Below, piece by piece: positions 43,595-50,908 of a stretch of 50,908 nucleotides of DNA. Source of the DNA: Gammaproteobacteria bacterium. GTDB lineage: Bacteria; Pseudomonadota; Gammaproteobacteria; Steroidobacterales; Steroidobacteraceae. The position numbers were made by a program, and so were the translations under genes. The notes beneath the pieces are model-generated. The model made no database searches and was not told the DNA's origin. It was given only the letters and a program-made list of their open reading frames with translations. Location of the stretch: assembly GCA_030831085.1 (NCBI GenBank), contig JAURLT010000033.1:1-50908 (forward strand), read 5' to 3'. Numbering within the stretch: position 1 is the stretch's first letter; each line of letters begins with the position of its first letter.

Positions 43595-46393
43595 TTAGAA
43601 GCGCAGGGTGGCCTTCATGAACAGGTAACGACCCAGCGTGTCGTAGAAGCCAGCGACGGTGTTCGCGTTGCTGGTCAGGGTGGCGCCCAACAGCGGCGGC
43701 TCCTCGTCCAGAACGTTATTGACACCCATCACGATGTCGGAGTTTTCCATGAACCGGAACGTGGCGTTCAGGTCCAGGTAAATTTCCGTATCCAGATTAT
43801 CCGCTGCGATTCTATCGGTGGTTCCCACGTACTTGGTCTTGTCCATGTAACGGATACGCGCGCCCACAGCCCACCACTCGTTGGAGTCGTAGGATGTATT
43901 CAACACGAACCGGTACTCAGGTGTGGGGAAACACCCAGAGCTGATGATGCCGACGCAGTCATTCTTCGTGGCGTTGTCGGTAGGAATGGGCTGGGATTCC
44001 TTGGTCAGCATGTAGGTGCCGATCAGGTTCACCGAAATGCTGCCACCGAGTGCATCCGTGCGGTAAGCAGCTGCAATGTCGATGCCCTCGTAGGTGGCTT
44101 CACCGAAGTTCTGCAGCGTGTTTTCCACGTACCCCGCCTGACCCAGCCACAGGCTGCCGCCCTGCGGCGAACGCGTAATGGCTCCGCAGAGATTGCCGTA
44201 CAACCCGCACTGCTCCAGGATCAGCGCCGGACCGAGGGTGCTGATCGTATCCTCCAGCGCGATGCTCCAGTAGTCCACTGAGAGCGTCAGGTTATCCATC
44301 GGGGTCACCACCACGCCGAAGGTGACCGTATCCGCCTTTTCAGGCTTCAGTCCGAGGTTGCCGCCAGACAACTGGTTGTACTGGCCCGCTGGGCTGAACG
44401 AGATGCTCCCGTACTGGGCAGCCGTTACACCGGTGTTGGCGCACTGAGCCTGGGTGTACAACGGCGTCGCGCCAGCGCAGGGGTCAACGCCCTGCCAAAG
44501 TCCAAGCTGGTTGGCCGTGTACAGCTCGCTGATGTTCGGGGCGCGAACCGCACGGTTGTAGCCGCCGCGTACCCGCAGCATGTCCAGCGGGCTCCAATCC
44601 AGCCCGACACGATAGGTGTCGGTGCCCCCGGCAGTGCTGTAGTCGGAGAACCGGTACGCCGCATCCAGTGTGAGGTTATCGAGAACCGGCACACTGAACT
44701 CGGTGAAATACTCCATGACGGTAAAGCCGCCCCTCAGGCTCACGAACGGCCCGCCCTGGCCTGCCAGCTCGCCGTCGGTGTATAGCTTGTCGGTTACGCG
44801 GTCGTAAGTATCCTGACGGTGCTCAAAGCCAAACACCGCCTGGATGTTGTCTGCTCCCGGCAGGCCGAACCCGAGATCACCGCTGACGTAGCCGCCGAGC
44901 ACCTCGGTCGAGGTGTCGCCGGTGGCAATCGCAGTGCCGCCCAAGGCCGAGGCCTGGGTCGAGGTGACACCACCGAAGGTGAACACCTGATAGCAGCCCC
45001 CCGGAGTACTGGCACAGTCGACGCCGATCGCGTTCCTGATTGCCGAGAACAGCAGGTCATTCTGGTAAGCAGAACTGGAGGCCGTCTTGCCGAGCTGATA
45101 GAACAGGTCATAGCTCCAGTTCTCGGTCAGCTGGCCACGGCTGCCGCCCACCAGGCGGAAGCTATCGTAGTCGGTATTCTCCGCTCGCGGACCGCCTTCC
45201 TTGTTCCGCTTGCCAACGTACACCAGCCAGGCAGCCGCGTTAGGATTAATGGCCGCCAGAGACGCCTGGAAGGCGGCCGGGAACAGGAAATAATCACCCG
45301 GAAGAACATAGCCTTCGCCAAAGAAGGTCCCTGATTCCGCAATCTGCGCGCGAGACGCAGAGCTGGTGAAATTCACCTCCATGTACGGGGTGAAGTGTTC
45401 ATTGACCTCGAAATCAACAAACGCACCGAGGGAGTACTTCTCGTCAGGCCGCATGAAATAGTTGATCGGCGCAAAGTTGTAACGATTTGAGCCGTCGAAC
45501 GGCGCCAACGAGCTGTCGGGCTGCAGCGTGAAGAAAGAAGTGTCGTAGTCCAGATAGCTTCCGTCCGGCCCGAGCGGGTACAGGAAGTAGTTGGGGTTTG
45601 GGGCCGTGCCCGAACCACCGCAACTTAACCCAGAGTCGCCCAGGGCACAGGAGGAATAGTCGCGGGAACCCTCAAGGAGGGCGTCGCCCTTACGCCAGGT
45701 GGCGTAGGCGGTCGCGTTACCCCGACCGTCAGCGAAATCCGACCCGATCAGGACGTCGAGGTTGTAAGACCGACCATCAATGTCCGTGCTCCCTGTGGGA
45801 TAGTCGAAGCCGCGGGCGTCCATGCGGCCCTGGATGTACGTGTTGTCGTTCTTGTGCTGATAGCCGCCAGCACCAAGGCTGACTTCCACGCCGTTGACGC
45901 GCCGGGTGATGAAGTTCACCACGCCGGCGACCGCGTCGGCGCCGTAGGTAGCAGATGCACCGCCCGTGAGTACCTCAATCCGCTCGACAATGGCCGCCGG
46001 GATCTGGTTGATGTCGGGGATCTGTGTGTTCACGCCGCCCGGTTGCAGGCGCTTGCCGTTGAACAGCACCAGGGTGCGGCTCGCACCCAGCCCGCGTAAG
46101 TCGAGCGAGGCGGTGCCGGTGGCGCCGTTGGAGATGAACGAGTTCTGGGCGGCTTCGATGGAGGGCAGGCTGTTCAGCACGTCCTCCAGACGGGTCATAC
46201 CGGTGAGCTTGATGTCCTCGGAGGTGACCACCGACACCGGGGCCACCTGACCGAAACCGTCAGCGGCCGCGATACGCGAACCGGTGACCATGACTTCTTC
46301 GAGTTCCTGCGCCGCGACGGTAGACGACAGGCCTGCTGCAGCAAGGCCGAGGGTCGTCGAGACCGCGAGGGCAAGAGGTGTGTTCTTACGCAT
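43595..46393 (-). CDS. TonB-dependent outer-membrane receptor (large, Oar-like)
   Basis: 932 aa. Signal peptide, then a plug domain (EEVMVTGSRIAAADGFGQVAPVSVVTSEDI). The C-terminus ends ...FMKATLRF with a terminal aromatic residue. Confidence 0.8.
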   Translation of the reverse strand: MRKNTPLALAVSTTLGLAAAGLSSTVAAQELEEVMVTGSRIAAADGFGQVAPVSVVTSEDIKLTGMTRLEDVLNSLPSIEAAQNSFISNGATGTASLDLRGLGASRTLVLFNGKRLQPGGVNTQIPDINQIPAAIVERIEVLTGGASATYGADAVAGVVNFITRRVNGVEVSLGAGGYQHKNDNTYIQGRMDARGFDYPTGSTDIDGRSYNLDVLIGSDFADGRGNATAYATWRKGDALLEGSRDYSSCALGDSGLSCGGSGTAPNPNYFLYPLGPDGSYLDYDTSFFTLQPDSSLAPFDGSNRYNFAPINYFMRPDEKYSLGAFVDFEVNEHFTPYMEVNFTSSASRAQIAESGTFFGEGYVLPGDYFLFPAAFQASLAAINPNAAAWLVYVGKRNKEGGPRAENTDYDSFRLVGGSRGQLTENWSYDLFYQLGKTASSSAYQNDLLFSAIRNAIGVDCASTPGGCYQVFTFGGVTSTQASALGGTAIATGDTSTEVLGGYVSGDLGFGLPGADNIQAVFGFEHRQDTYDRVTDKLYTDGELAGQGGPFVSLRGGFTVMEYFTEFSVPVLDNLTLDAAYRFSDYSTAGGTDTYRVGLDWSPLDMLRVRGGYNRAVRAPNISELYTANQLGLWQGVDPCAGATPLYTQAQCANTGVTAAQYGSISFSPAGQYNQLSGGNLGLKPEKADTVTFGVVVTPMDNLTLSVDYWSIALEDTISTLGPALILEQCGLYGNLCGAITRSPQGGSLWLGQAGYVENTLQNFGEATYEGIDIAAAYRTDALGGSISVNLIGTYMLTKESQPIPTDNATKNDCVGIISSGCFPTPEYRFVLNTSYDSNEWWAVGARIRYMDKTKYVGTTDRIAADNLDTEIYLDLNATFRFMENSDIVMGVNNVLDEEPPLLGATLTSNANTVAGFYDTLGRYLFMKATLRF

Positions 46394-46617
46394 AGGTCAT
46401 ACCTCTTCCATTTGTGAACTAACAACGAATTCGGTGCAGCGTTCCGCTTGACCCCTCGCCGCACCGGACCAATTTGGATCCAAAGGCCAAACTGCACGAG
46501 ACGTTAGTCGAATTCCTTCGGCTAATCAATACATTGTGGCCAAAATACAACAGTCGGAAGGGGCTTTTGTGACTCGTATCATCGCGCCCGGGGCCGGGAA
46601 ACGTTATGTCGAAAACC

Positions 46618-47118
46618 CTAGCGGACGAACTCCACGCCTACGGACCGGCCCGTGGCGTTCACGGTGAGCACGTGGAAGCCGAAAAAGTTGCGGCGAATCG
46701 TCACTTCCAGGTCGTCACCGGTGTATCTGTAACGGCCGGGCTGGCGCTGCTTCCAGACCTGGCCGTTTTCCAATCGAAACAAGGTGTTACCGTCCCAGCC
46801 CTCAAAGGGGCGCTGCACGCGGCTCACGATGCGGGTGTCTTCGGCTGCCTCTCTGACTTCCTCGTTAGTGCGCTGCAGCATCTCCGCCTCGCCTGCGGTG
46901 TACCGCAACAGCCAGGCATCGAGCGCCGCAAGTTCCTGGGGGGATAGCTTGTTCAGTCCGGCCGAGTCGAACTCGGCCGGACTCATGAGCCTGCCGACTC
47001 CCGGAAATTTTTTCTGATTCAGAGAGTTATCAGCCTGAGCGGCCAATGCCGCAAGGCCCTGAAGGAGGGCCACCGTCAGGCAAAGGAGGGTGATTCGATA
47101 CAGTGTCAAGCAAAGCAA
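46618..47118 (-). CDS. Secreted hypothetical protein
   Basis: Signal peptide MLCLTLYRITLLCLTVALLQGLAALAAQA. TTG start. 166 aa. No recognisable domain. Confidence 0.4.
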   Translation of the reverse strand: MLCLTLYRITLLCLTVALLQGLAALAAQADNSLNQKKFPGVGRLMSPAEFDSAGLNKLSPQELAALDAWLLRYTAGEAEMLQRTNEEVREAAEDTRIVSRVQRPFEGWDGNTLFRLENGQVWKQRQPGRYRYTGDDLEVTIRRNFFGFHVLTVNATGRSVGVEFVR

Positions 47119-47125
47119 CCGCGGT

Positions 47126-47404
47126 TCAGCCCCCGGTATTGCCCTGAATACCGTTGGTCATCCGCTCACTCGCCTGCCCCTTCTCGGTCGCTTCCTGGGC
47201 AATTTTCCGTGCCTCGTCCCACTGAGCCTGGGTCAAGCAGGTCTTCTTGGCGATCCGTGTGCCGGTTGGCGCTACGGACTTGCAAACCCGACGCTCGTTC
47301 TTTGTGGGTTCTGCGGCTGTCGTAGCGGGCCCATCGGCCTGTGCCAGCGCGGCGAAGAGCGAAAGACTGCCCAACAGGCAGGCGGCGGCTGAAAATTTGC
47401 GCAT
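47126..47404 (-). CDS. Small secreted Cys-pair protein with a Gly tail (paralog 1)
   Basis: Signal peptide MRKFSAAACLLGSLSLFAALAQA. Core RRVCKSVAPTGTRIAKKTCLTQAQWDEARKIAQEATEKGQ. It ends ...NTGG. Confidence 0.6.
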   Translation of the reverse strand: MRKFSAAACLLGSLSLFAALAQADGPATTAAEPTKNERRVCKSVAPTGTRIAKKTCLTQAQWDEARKIAQEATEKGQASERMTNGIQGNTGG

Positions 47405-47529
47405 GAGCGTCCCCTATTGAGCCCTTGGCCCCGCAGTCGTCCCAAACCGTAGGTTACCATCCCGGCCGATGGTAATTAAGCGAATGCCGTCAAAAGGGGC
47501 TAAAAAACGGTCCCGCCCCGGGCTTGACG

Positions 47530-47829
47530 CTAGCCGCCACCCCCACCGCCGCCTCCGGACATGTTGATCATCAGCGCGCTAACCTGCCCCCTCTCGGTCG
47601 CTTCCTGGGCAATCTTTCTCGCCTCGTCCCACTGGGCGACCGTCAGGCAGGTTCGTTTGGCAATTCGTGAGCCGGTTGGAGCGACGGTCTTGCAAATCCT
47701 CCGCTGATTGGCGGTGGGGTTCTTCACGCCTTTAGGGACGATTTCCACGCTGTCGTCGGCGTGAGCGCCGCCAGTCAACAACACTGCACCAACGGCCAGG
47801 GCGACAAGTCTAAATTTGGTTGGTCCCAT
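47530..47829 (-). CDS. Small secreted Cys-pair protein with a poly-Gly tail (paralog 2)
   Basis: The ATG at 47829 gives MGPTKFRLVALAVGAVLLTGGAHA; the track's 48057 start adds an implausible leader. Core RRICKTVAPTGSRIAKRTCLTVAQWDEARKIAQEATERGQ. It ends GGGGGGGG. Confidence 0.6.
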   Translation of the reverse strand: MGPTKFRLVALAVGAVLLTGGAHADDSVEIVPKGVKNPTANQRRICKTVAPTGSRIAKRTCLTVAQWDEARKIAQEATERGQVSALMINMSGGGGGGGG

Positions 47830-47868
47830 GCTGGTACGGCTCACGGCCAAACGGGTTAACCTACGGCG

Positions 47869-49890
47869 ATGCAAGGTAAGGTACCACGGCCAGGACACCC
47901 CGAGTGGTTGAGGGACGGAATCCGTCGCGCTGAGGCTCTGATGTCGACCGATCCCGCAGCTGCGGCGGCGGAGGCAGAGGCGGTGCTGCAGAGGCAGCCC
48001 GGATACCCGGTTGCCATGCTGCTCGTGGGGGTGGCCAACCGCCTGCTTGGGAAGCATGACAAAAGCCTCGGGGTCCTGGGGAACCTCGCGCGTGCGCAGC
48101 CCAATTCGGGGGTTGCCCAGTTTGAATTTGCCCTGAGCCTTGCAGCCGCTGGCCAGGACGAGGCCGCGATGCAGGGCCTGAAGCGCGCGGTCGAAGCCAA
48201 TCCCCAGCTCGCTGCCGCGTGGCTAGAGTTGGCGAGTCGCCTCCACGCGATGGGTCAAGCATTGGACGCGAGAAATGCCTACGACAATTATGTGACTGCA
48301 TCGTCGAGGGATCCCGATCTTTCCAGCGGATCCGACGGAAACGAGGGATACGAGCAGCGGCTCTGGAATCGCGTCACGGCCCGGCCAGATGACCTCGCCG
48401 CCTTGAAAATCCTTGCCGACCTAGAATTTTCCCTGGGCAGGAATGCGGATGCCCGAAACCTGTATGCGCGTTGCCTGCTTCTGGCGCCGGGCTTCATGAC
48501 AGCAGCCTATGGGCTGGCACAATCCCTGCTGCGGATTGGAGATTACCCGGCAGCTCAGGCGCAGGCGGAACGCCTGCTTGAACTGGAGCCTGATAGTCCG
48601 TCGTATCTAATGCTGCGCGGCGCGATCCACGTGCGAACCGGCAACACGGATGCGGCGTTGCCGGTCTACCAGCGCGCGGTTGAAGTTAACGGCGGTGCCG
48701 GTAGGCCGCTTCTGTCCTACGGCAACGCTTTGCGTGCCGCAGGCAAGACGGAAGAGGCCATCGACGCCTACCGGCGCTGCATTGTTGACCAACCCGCCTC
48801 GGGGGAGGCCTGGTGGGGGCTCGCGAACCTCAAGACATACCGCTTTACCTCGGAGGAAACGTCGCAGATGGAGTCACTGCTGGAAACGGCGGGACTTTCG
48901 GATCATGACCGCCTGCATCTCGCGTTTTCCGTCGCTAAGTCCCTCGAGGATGCGGGCGAGTATGAACGCGCCTTCTCCCGGTATTCGCTCGGCAATGCCT
49001 TGCGCAGGGCAGCCATCGGACACGATTCCGGAGAGACGACCTCACTAGTTGAGGCCTCGCGCAGGCTTTTCACCGCAGAGTATGTGGACGCGGCGGCCGG
49101 GTTGGGCTGCGAGCGGTCCGATCCGATCTTCATCGTGGGCATGCCGCGGGCTGGCTCGACGCTGCTCGAGCAGATTCTTGCCAGCCATTCCCAGGTGGAA
49201 GGCACCATGGAGTTACCCAACGTGATGGGGATCGCTCGCGACCTCGGAACCGAAGGCGAAGGACGCTGGCCGGGCAGTTTGTGTGGGGTAATGCGCAGTC
49301 TGGACGGGCGACGCTGGAAAGAACTGGGCGAACGGTATCTTGCCGAAACGATGGTGCAGCGCAAGACGTCTGCGCCACACTTCGTCGATAAGCAGCCCAG
49401 CAATTTTCTTCACGCCGGGCTTATCCTGTTGATGTTGCCGCGCGCCCGGATCATCGATGCTCGCCGTCACCCCATGTCCTGCTGCTTTTCGAACTTCAAG
49501 CAGCATTTCGCGCATGGCCAGAAATTTGCCTATGACCTTGGCGACCTCGCCCGGTATTACAGCGATTACGTGGAACTGATGGCCCACTTCGACCAGGTGT
49601 TCCCGGGGCGCATCCTGCGTGTGCACTACGAGGACATGGTGAGCGATACGGAAGCGCAGGTGCGGCGTCTGCTCGATTACTGCCGGCTGCCCTTCGAGGA
49701 GTCCTGCCTGCGTTTCTACGAGAATCCGCGTTCGGTCCGCACGGTCAGTTCCGAACAGGTCCGCCGGCCGATCTACCGGGAGGGCGTCGACCAGTGGCGG
49801 CACTTTGAGCCCTGGCTGGGGCCACTGAAGGAGGGCCTGGGGGAGGTGCTGGAGCGCTACCCCGCCGTGCCGGAATTCCCGGAGGTCTGA
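47869..49890 (+). CDS. TPR-repeat sulfotransferase-family protein (second paralog)
   Basis: 673 aa; an alternative ATG at 47941 is possible. TPR repeats come first, then IFIVGMPRAGSTLLEQILASH (5'-PSB loop) and the same C-terminal architecture as 41986-43503. Confidence 0.65.
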   Translation: MQGKVPRPGHPEWLRDGIRRAEALMSTDPAAAAAEAEAVLQRQPGYPVAMLLVGVANRLLGKHDKSLGVLGNLARAQPNSGVAQFEFALSLAAAGQDEAAMQGLKRAVEANPQLAAAWLELASRLHAMGQALDARNAYDNYVTASSRDPDLSSGSDGNEGYEQRLWNRVTARPDDLAALKILADLEFSLGRNADARNLYARCLLLAPGFMTAAYGLAQSLLRIGDYPAAQAQAERLLELEPDSPSYLMLRGAIHVRTGNTDAALPVYQRAVEVNGGAGRPLLSYGNALRAAGKTEEAIDAYRRCIVDQPASGEAWWGLANLKTYRFTSEETSQMESLLETAGLSDHDRLHLAFSVAKSLEDAGEYERAFSRYSLGNALRRAAIGHDSGETTSLVEASRRLFTAEYVDAAAGLGCERSDPIFIVGMPRAGSTLLEQILASHSQVEGTMELPNVMGIARDLGTEGEGRWPGSLCGVMRSLDGRRWKELGERYLAETMVQRKTSAPHFVDKQPSNFLHAGLILLMLPRARIIDARRHPMSCCFSNFKQHFAHGQKFAYDLGDLARYYSDYVELMAHFDQVFPGRILRVHYEDMVSDTEAQVRRLLDYCRLPFEESCLRFYENPRSVRTVSSEQVRRPIYREGVDQWRHFEPWLGPLKEGLGEVLERYPAVPEFPEV

Positions 49891-49905
49891 ATCCGAGCCT
49901 GAGTC

Positions 49906-50908
49906 CTAGCCAAACCTGAGCGCTGGATCGGCCACAGGTTTTAGCCGGGTATCAAGCCAGTCCCGCAGGTAGTTCTGGTGCACTCGCCACGGAAAACGAT
50001 CGCCCTGGCTGGGCAGTTCTTTAAGCGCGCGCTGGATGTAACCCGGATTGAAGTCGACGAAGGGGCGCTCTTCCACCGAGGGATCGCGCTCCGGGCGCAC
50101 CGACGTAAGGCCCTCGCGGTCGAGATGACGGATCAGGCGCCGGACCAGTAAGGCGACCAGTTCAGCCCGCAGGGTCCAGGAGGCGTTGATGTAGCCGAAG
50201 GTGTAAGCCAGGTTTGGCACTCCGCTCAGCATGGCGCCGCGATAGACCATGGTGTCGGCGAGTTGTACGGGCCGTCCGTCCTCGGTCAGGCGCATCCCGC
50301 CGAGCGGACGGATGACCAGGCCCGTGGCGGTGACCACCACATCGGCTGCGAGCAGGCGGCCGGAGCGGGTCAGGATCCCTTCGGGCAGGAACCGCTCGAT
50401 GTGGTCGGTGACCATTTCGACCGTGCCCGCCGAGATGGCGGCAAACAGGTCGCCGTCAGGCACGGCACAGACGCGCTGGTCCCAGGGGTCGTAGCTCGCC
50501 CGAAAATGTTCCTCGACGGGATAGCCTGCGGGCAGCGCAGCACGGGCCATCCTGAGGATCTGCCGCTTGATGAAATCAGGACGCCAGCGAGCCAGCGCAT
50601 ACTGCAACTGGGCCTCGAGGATCTTCTTCCACCTGACCAACTGCCAGGCCACTCGGCCGGGCAGCCAGGGAAACAGCAGACGACCCACCGGGTCCCGGGC
50701 CGGCTGGCTAGCCACCCAGGAGGGGGAGCGCTGCAGCAGGGTGACGTGTGCCGCCTCGCGGGCGAGGGCTGGCACCAGTGTCACCGCCGTGGCGCCGCTG
50801 CCGATGACCACGATGCGCCTGCCACGGAGATCGAGATCCTCCGGCCAGTGCTGCGGATGGACGATGCGTCCGAAAAAGCGTTCCTCACCCTCGAAGCGGG
50901 GCCGGTAG
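49906..50908 (-). CDS. Flavin-containing/Baeyer-Villiger-type monooxygenase; 3' part only, the start lies beyond the window end
   Basis: The reverse frame from 50907 reads YRPRFEGEERFFGRIVHPQHWPEDLDLRGRRIVVIGSGATAVT (FMO FxGxxxHxxxW motif plus a second GxGxxA dinucleotide fold) and continues to the stop at 49906. Confidence 0.65.
   Translation of the reverse strand, partial: YRPRFEGEERFFGRIVHPQHWPEDLDLRGRRIVVIGSGATAVTLVPALAREAAHVTLLQRSPSWVASQPARDPVGRLLFPWLPGRVAWQLVRWKKILEAQLQYALARWRPDFIKRQILRMARAALPAGYPVEEHFRASYDPWDQRVCAVPDGDLFAAISAGTVEMVTDHIERFLPEGILTRSGRLLAADVVVTATGLVIRPLGGMRLTEDGRPVQLADTMVYRGAMLSGVPNLAYTFGYINASWTLRAELVALLVRRLIRHLDREGLTSVRPERDPSVEERPFVDFNPGYIQRALKELPSQGDRFPWRVHQNYLRDWLDTRLKPVADPALRFG

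Noticed and set aside
1-50908. Mobile elements, integrases, CRISPR repeats, toxin-antitoxin pairs and rRNA.
   Set aside because: I saw no transposase or integrase motifs in any frame, no regularly spaced short repeats, and no rRNA-like conserved blocks. Apart from the diverged VOC 5' copies, no inverted-repeat termini were seen.

Overview
This is a high-GC (about 65%) chromosomal segment of a proteobacterium, judging by gene content (Mrp antiporter, TonB-dependent receptors, TPR-sulfotransferases). It is densely coding, with many ATGA/GTGA start-stop overlaps. I found no rRNA, no convincing tRNA, no CRISPR array and no IS/transposase.

Content from left to right:
- 1-162: a truncated VOC-family gene that runs off the window start.
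- 700-2849: otsB-otsA trehalose synthesis.
- 2826-7227: a tightly coupled four-gene operon ending in a bona fide selD (selenophosphate synthetase), with a NadM-like nucleotidyltransferase, an archaeal-type phosphoglycerate-mutase-like metalloenzyme and an acyl-CoA-dehydrogenase-fold protein. None of the known selD partner systems is in the window.
- 7033-7843: a decayed patch with a VOC N-terminal fragment and an SDR C-terminal fragment.
- 7844-11293: an operon of a periplasmic heme-c DUF3365 protein, a large membrane protein, a UPF0016 transporter and an AhpD-like protein, plus a convergent His-rich periplasmic protein.
- 11387-18586: a 10-gene non-canonical Mrp/Mbh-like cation/proton antiporter module (order E-F-G-[MnhB domain]-B-C-D-D-small-NuoL-like), with no canonical fused mrpA.
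- 18670-20754: a penicillin/AHL-acylase family gene.
- 20751-24328: a three-gene membrane module (SPFH protein with a C-terminal multi-zinc-ribbon tail, a 4-TM protein, and a zinc-ribbon/2-TM protein), reminiscent of Bacillus YdjGHI.
- 24399-28480: an NCS1 permease plus two tandem beta-lactamase-family serine hydrolases.
- 28675-38699: a muropeptide/MurNAc scavenging locus (TonB receptor, SSS transporter, nagA, murK-like kinase, murQ, a third serine hydrolase, DUF1611, L-Ala-D/L-Glu epimerase).
- 38665-40101: an aldehyde dehydrogenase.
- 40181-49890: a TPR/2OG-Fe(II) oxygenase, two TPR-sulfotransferase paralogs flanking a second TonB receptor, and two tandem small secreted Cys-pair/poly-Gly proteins.
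- 49906-end: a partial flavin monooxygenase.

The most interesting candidates are the selD operon, the SPFH/zinc-ribbon module and the permuted Mrp module. All functional calls rest on motif-level recognition from the translated ORFs. I ran no searches.
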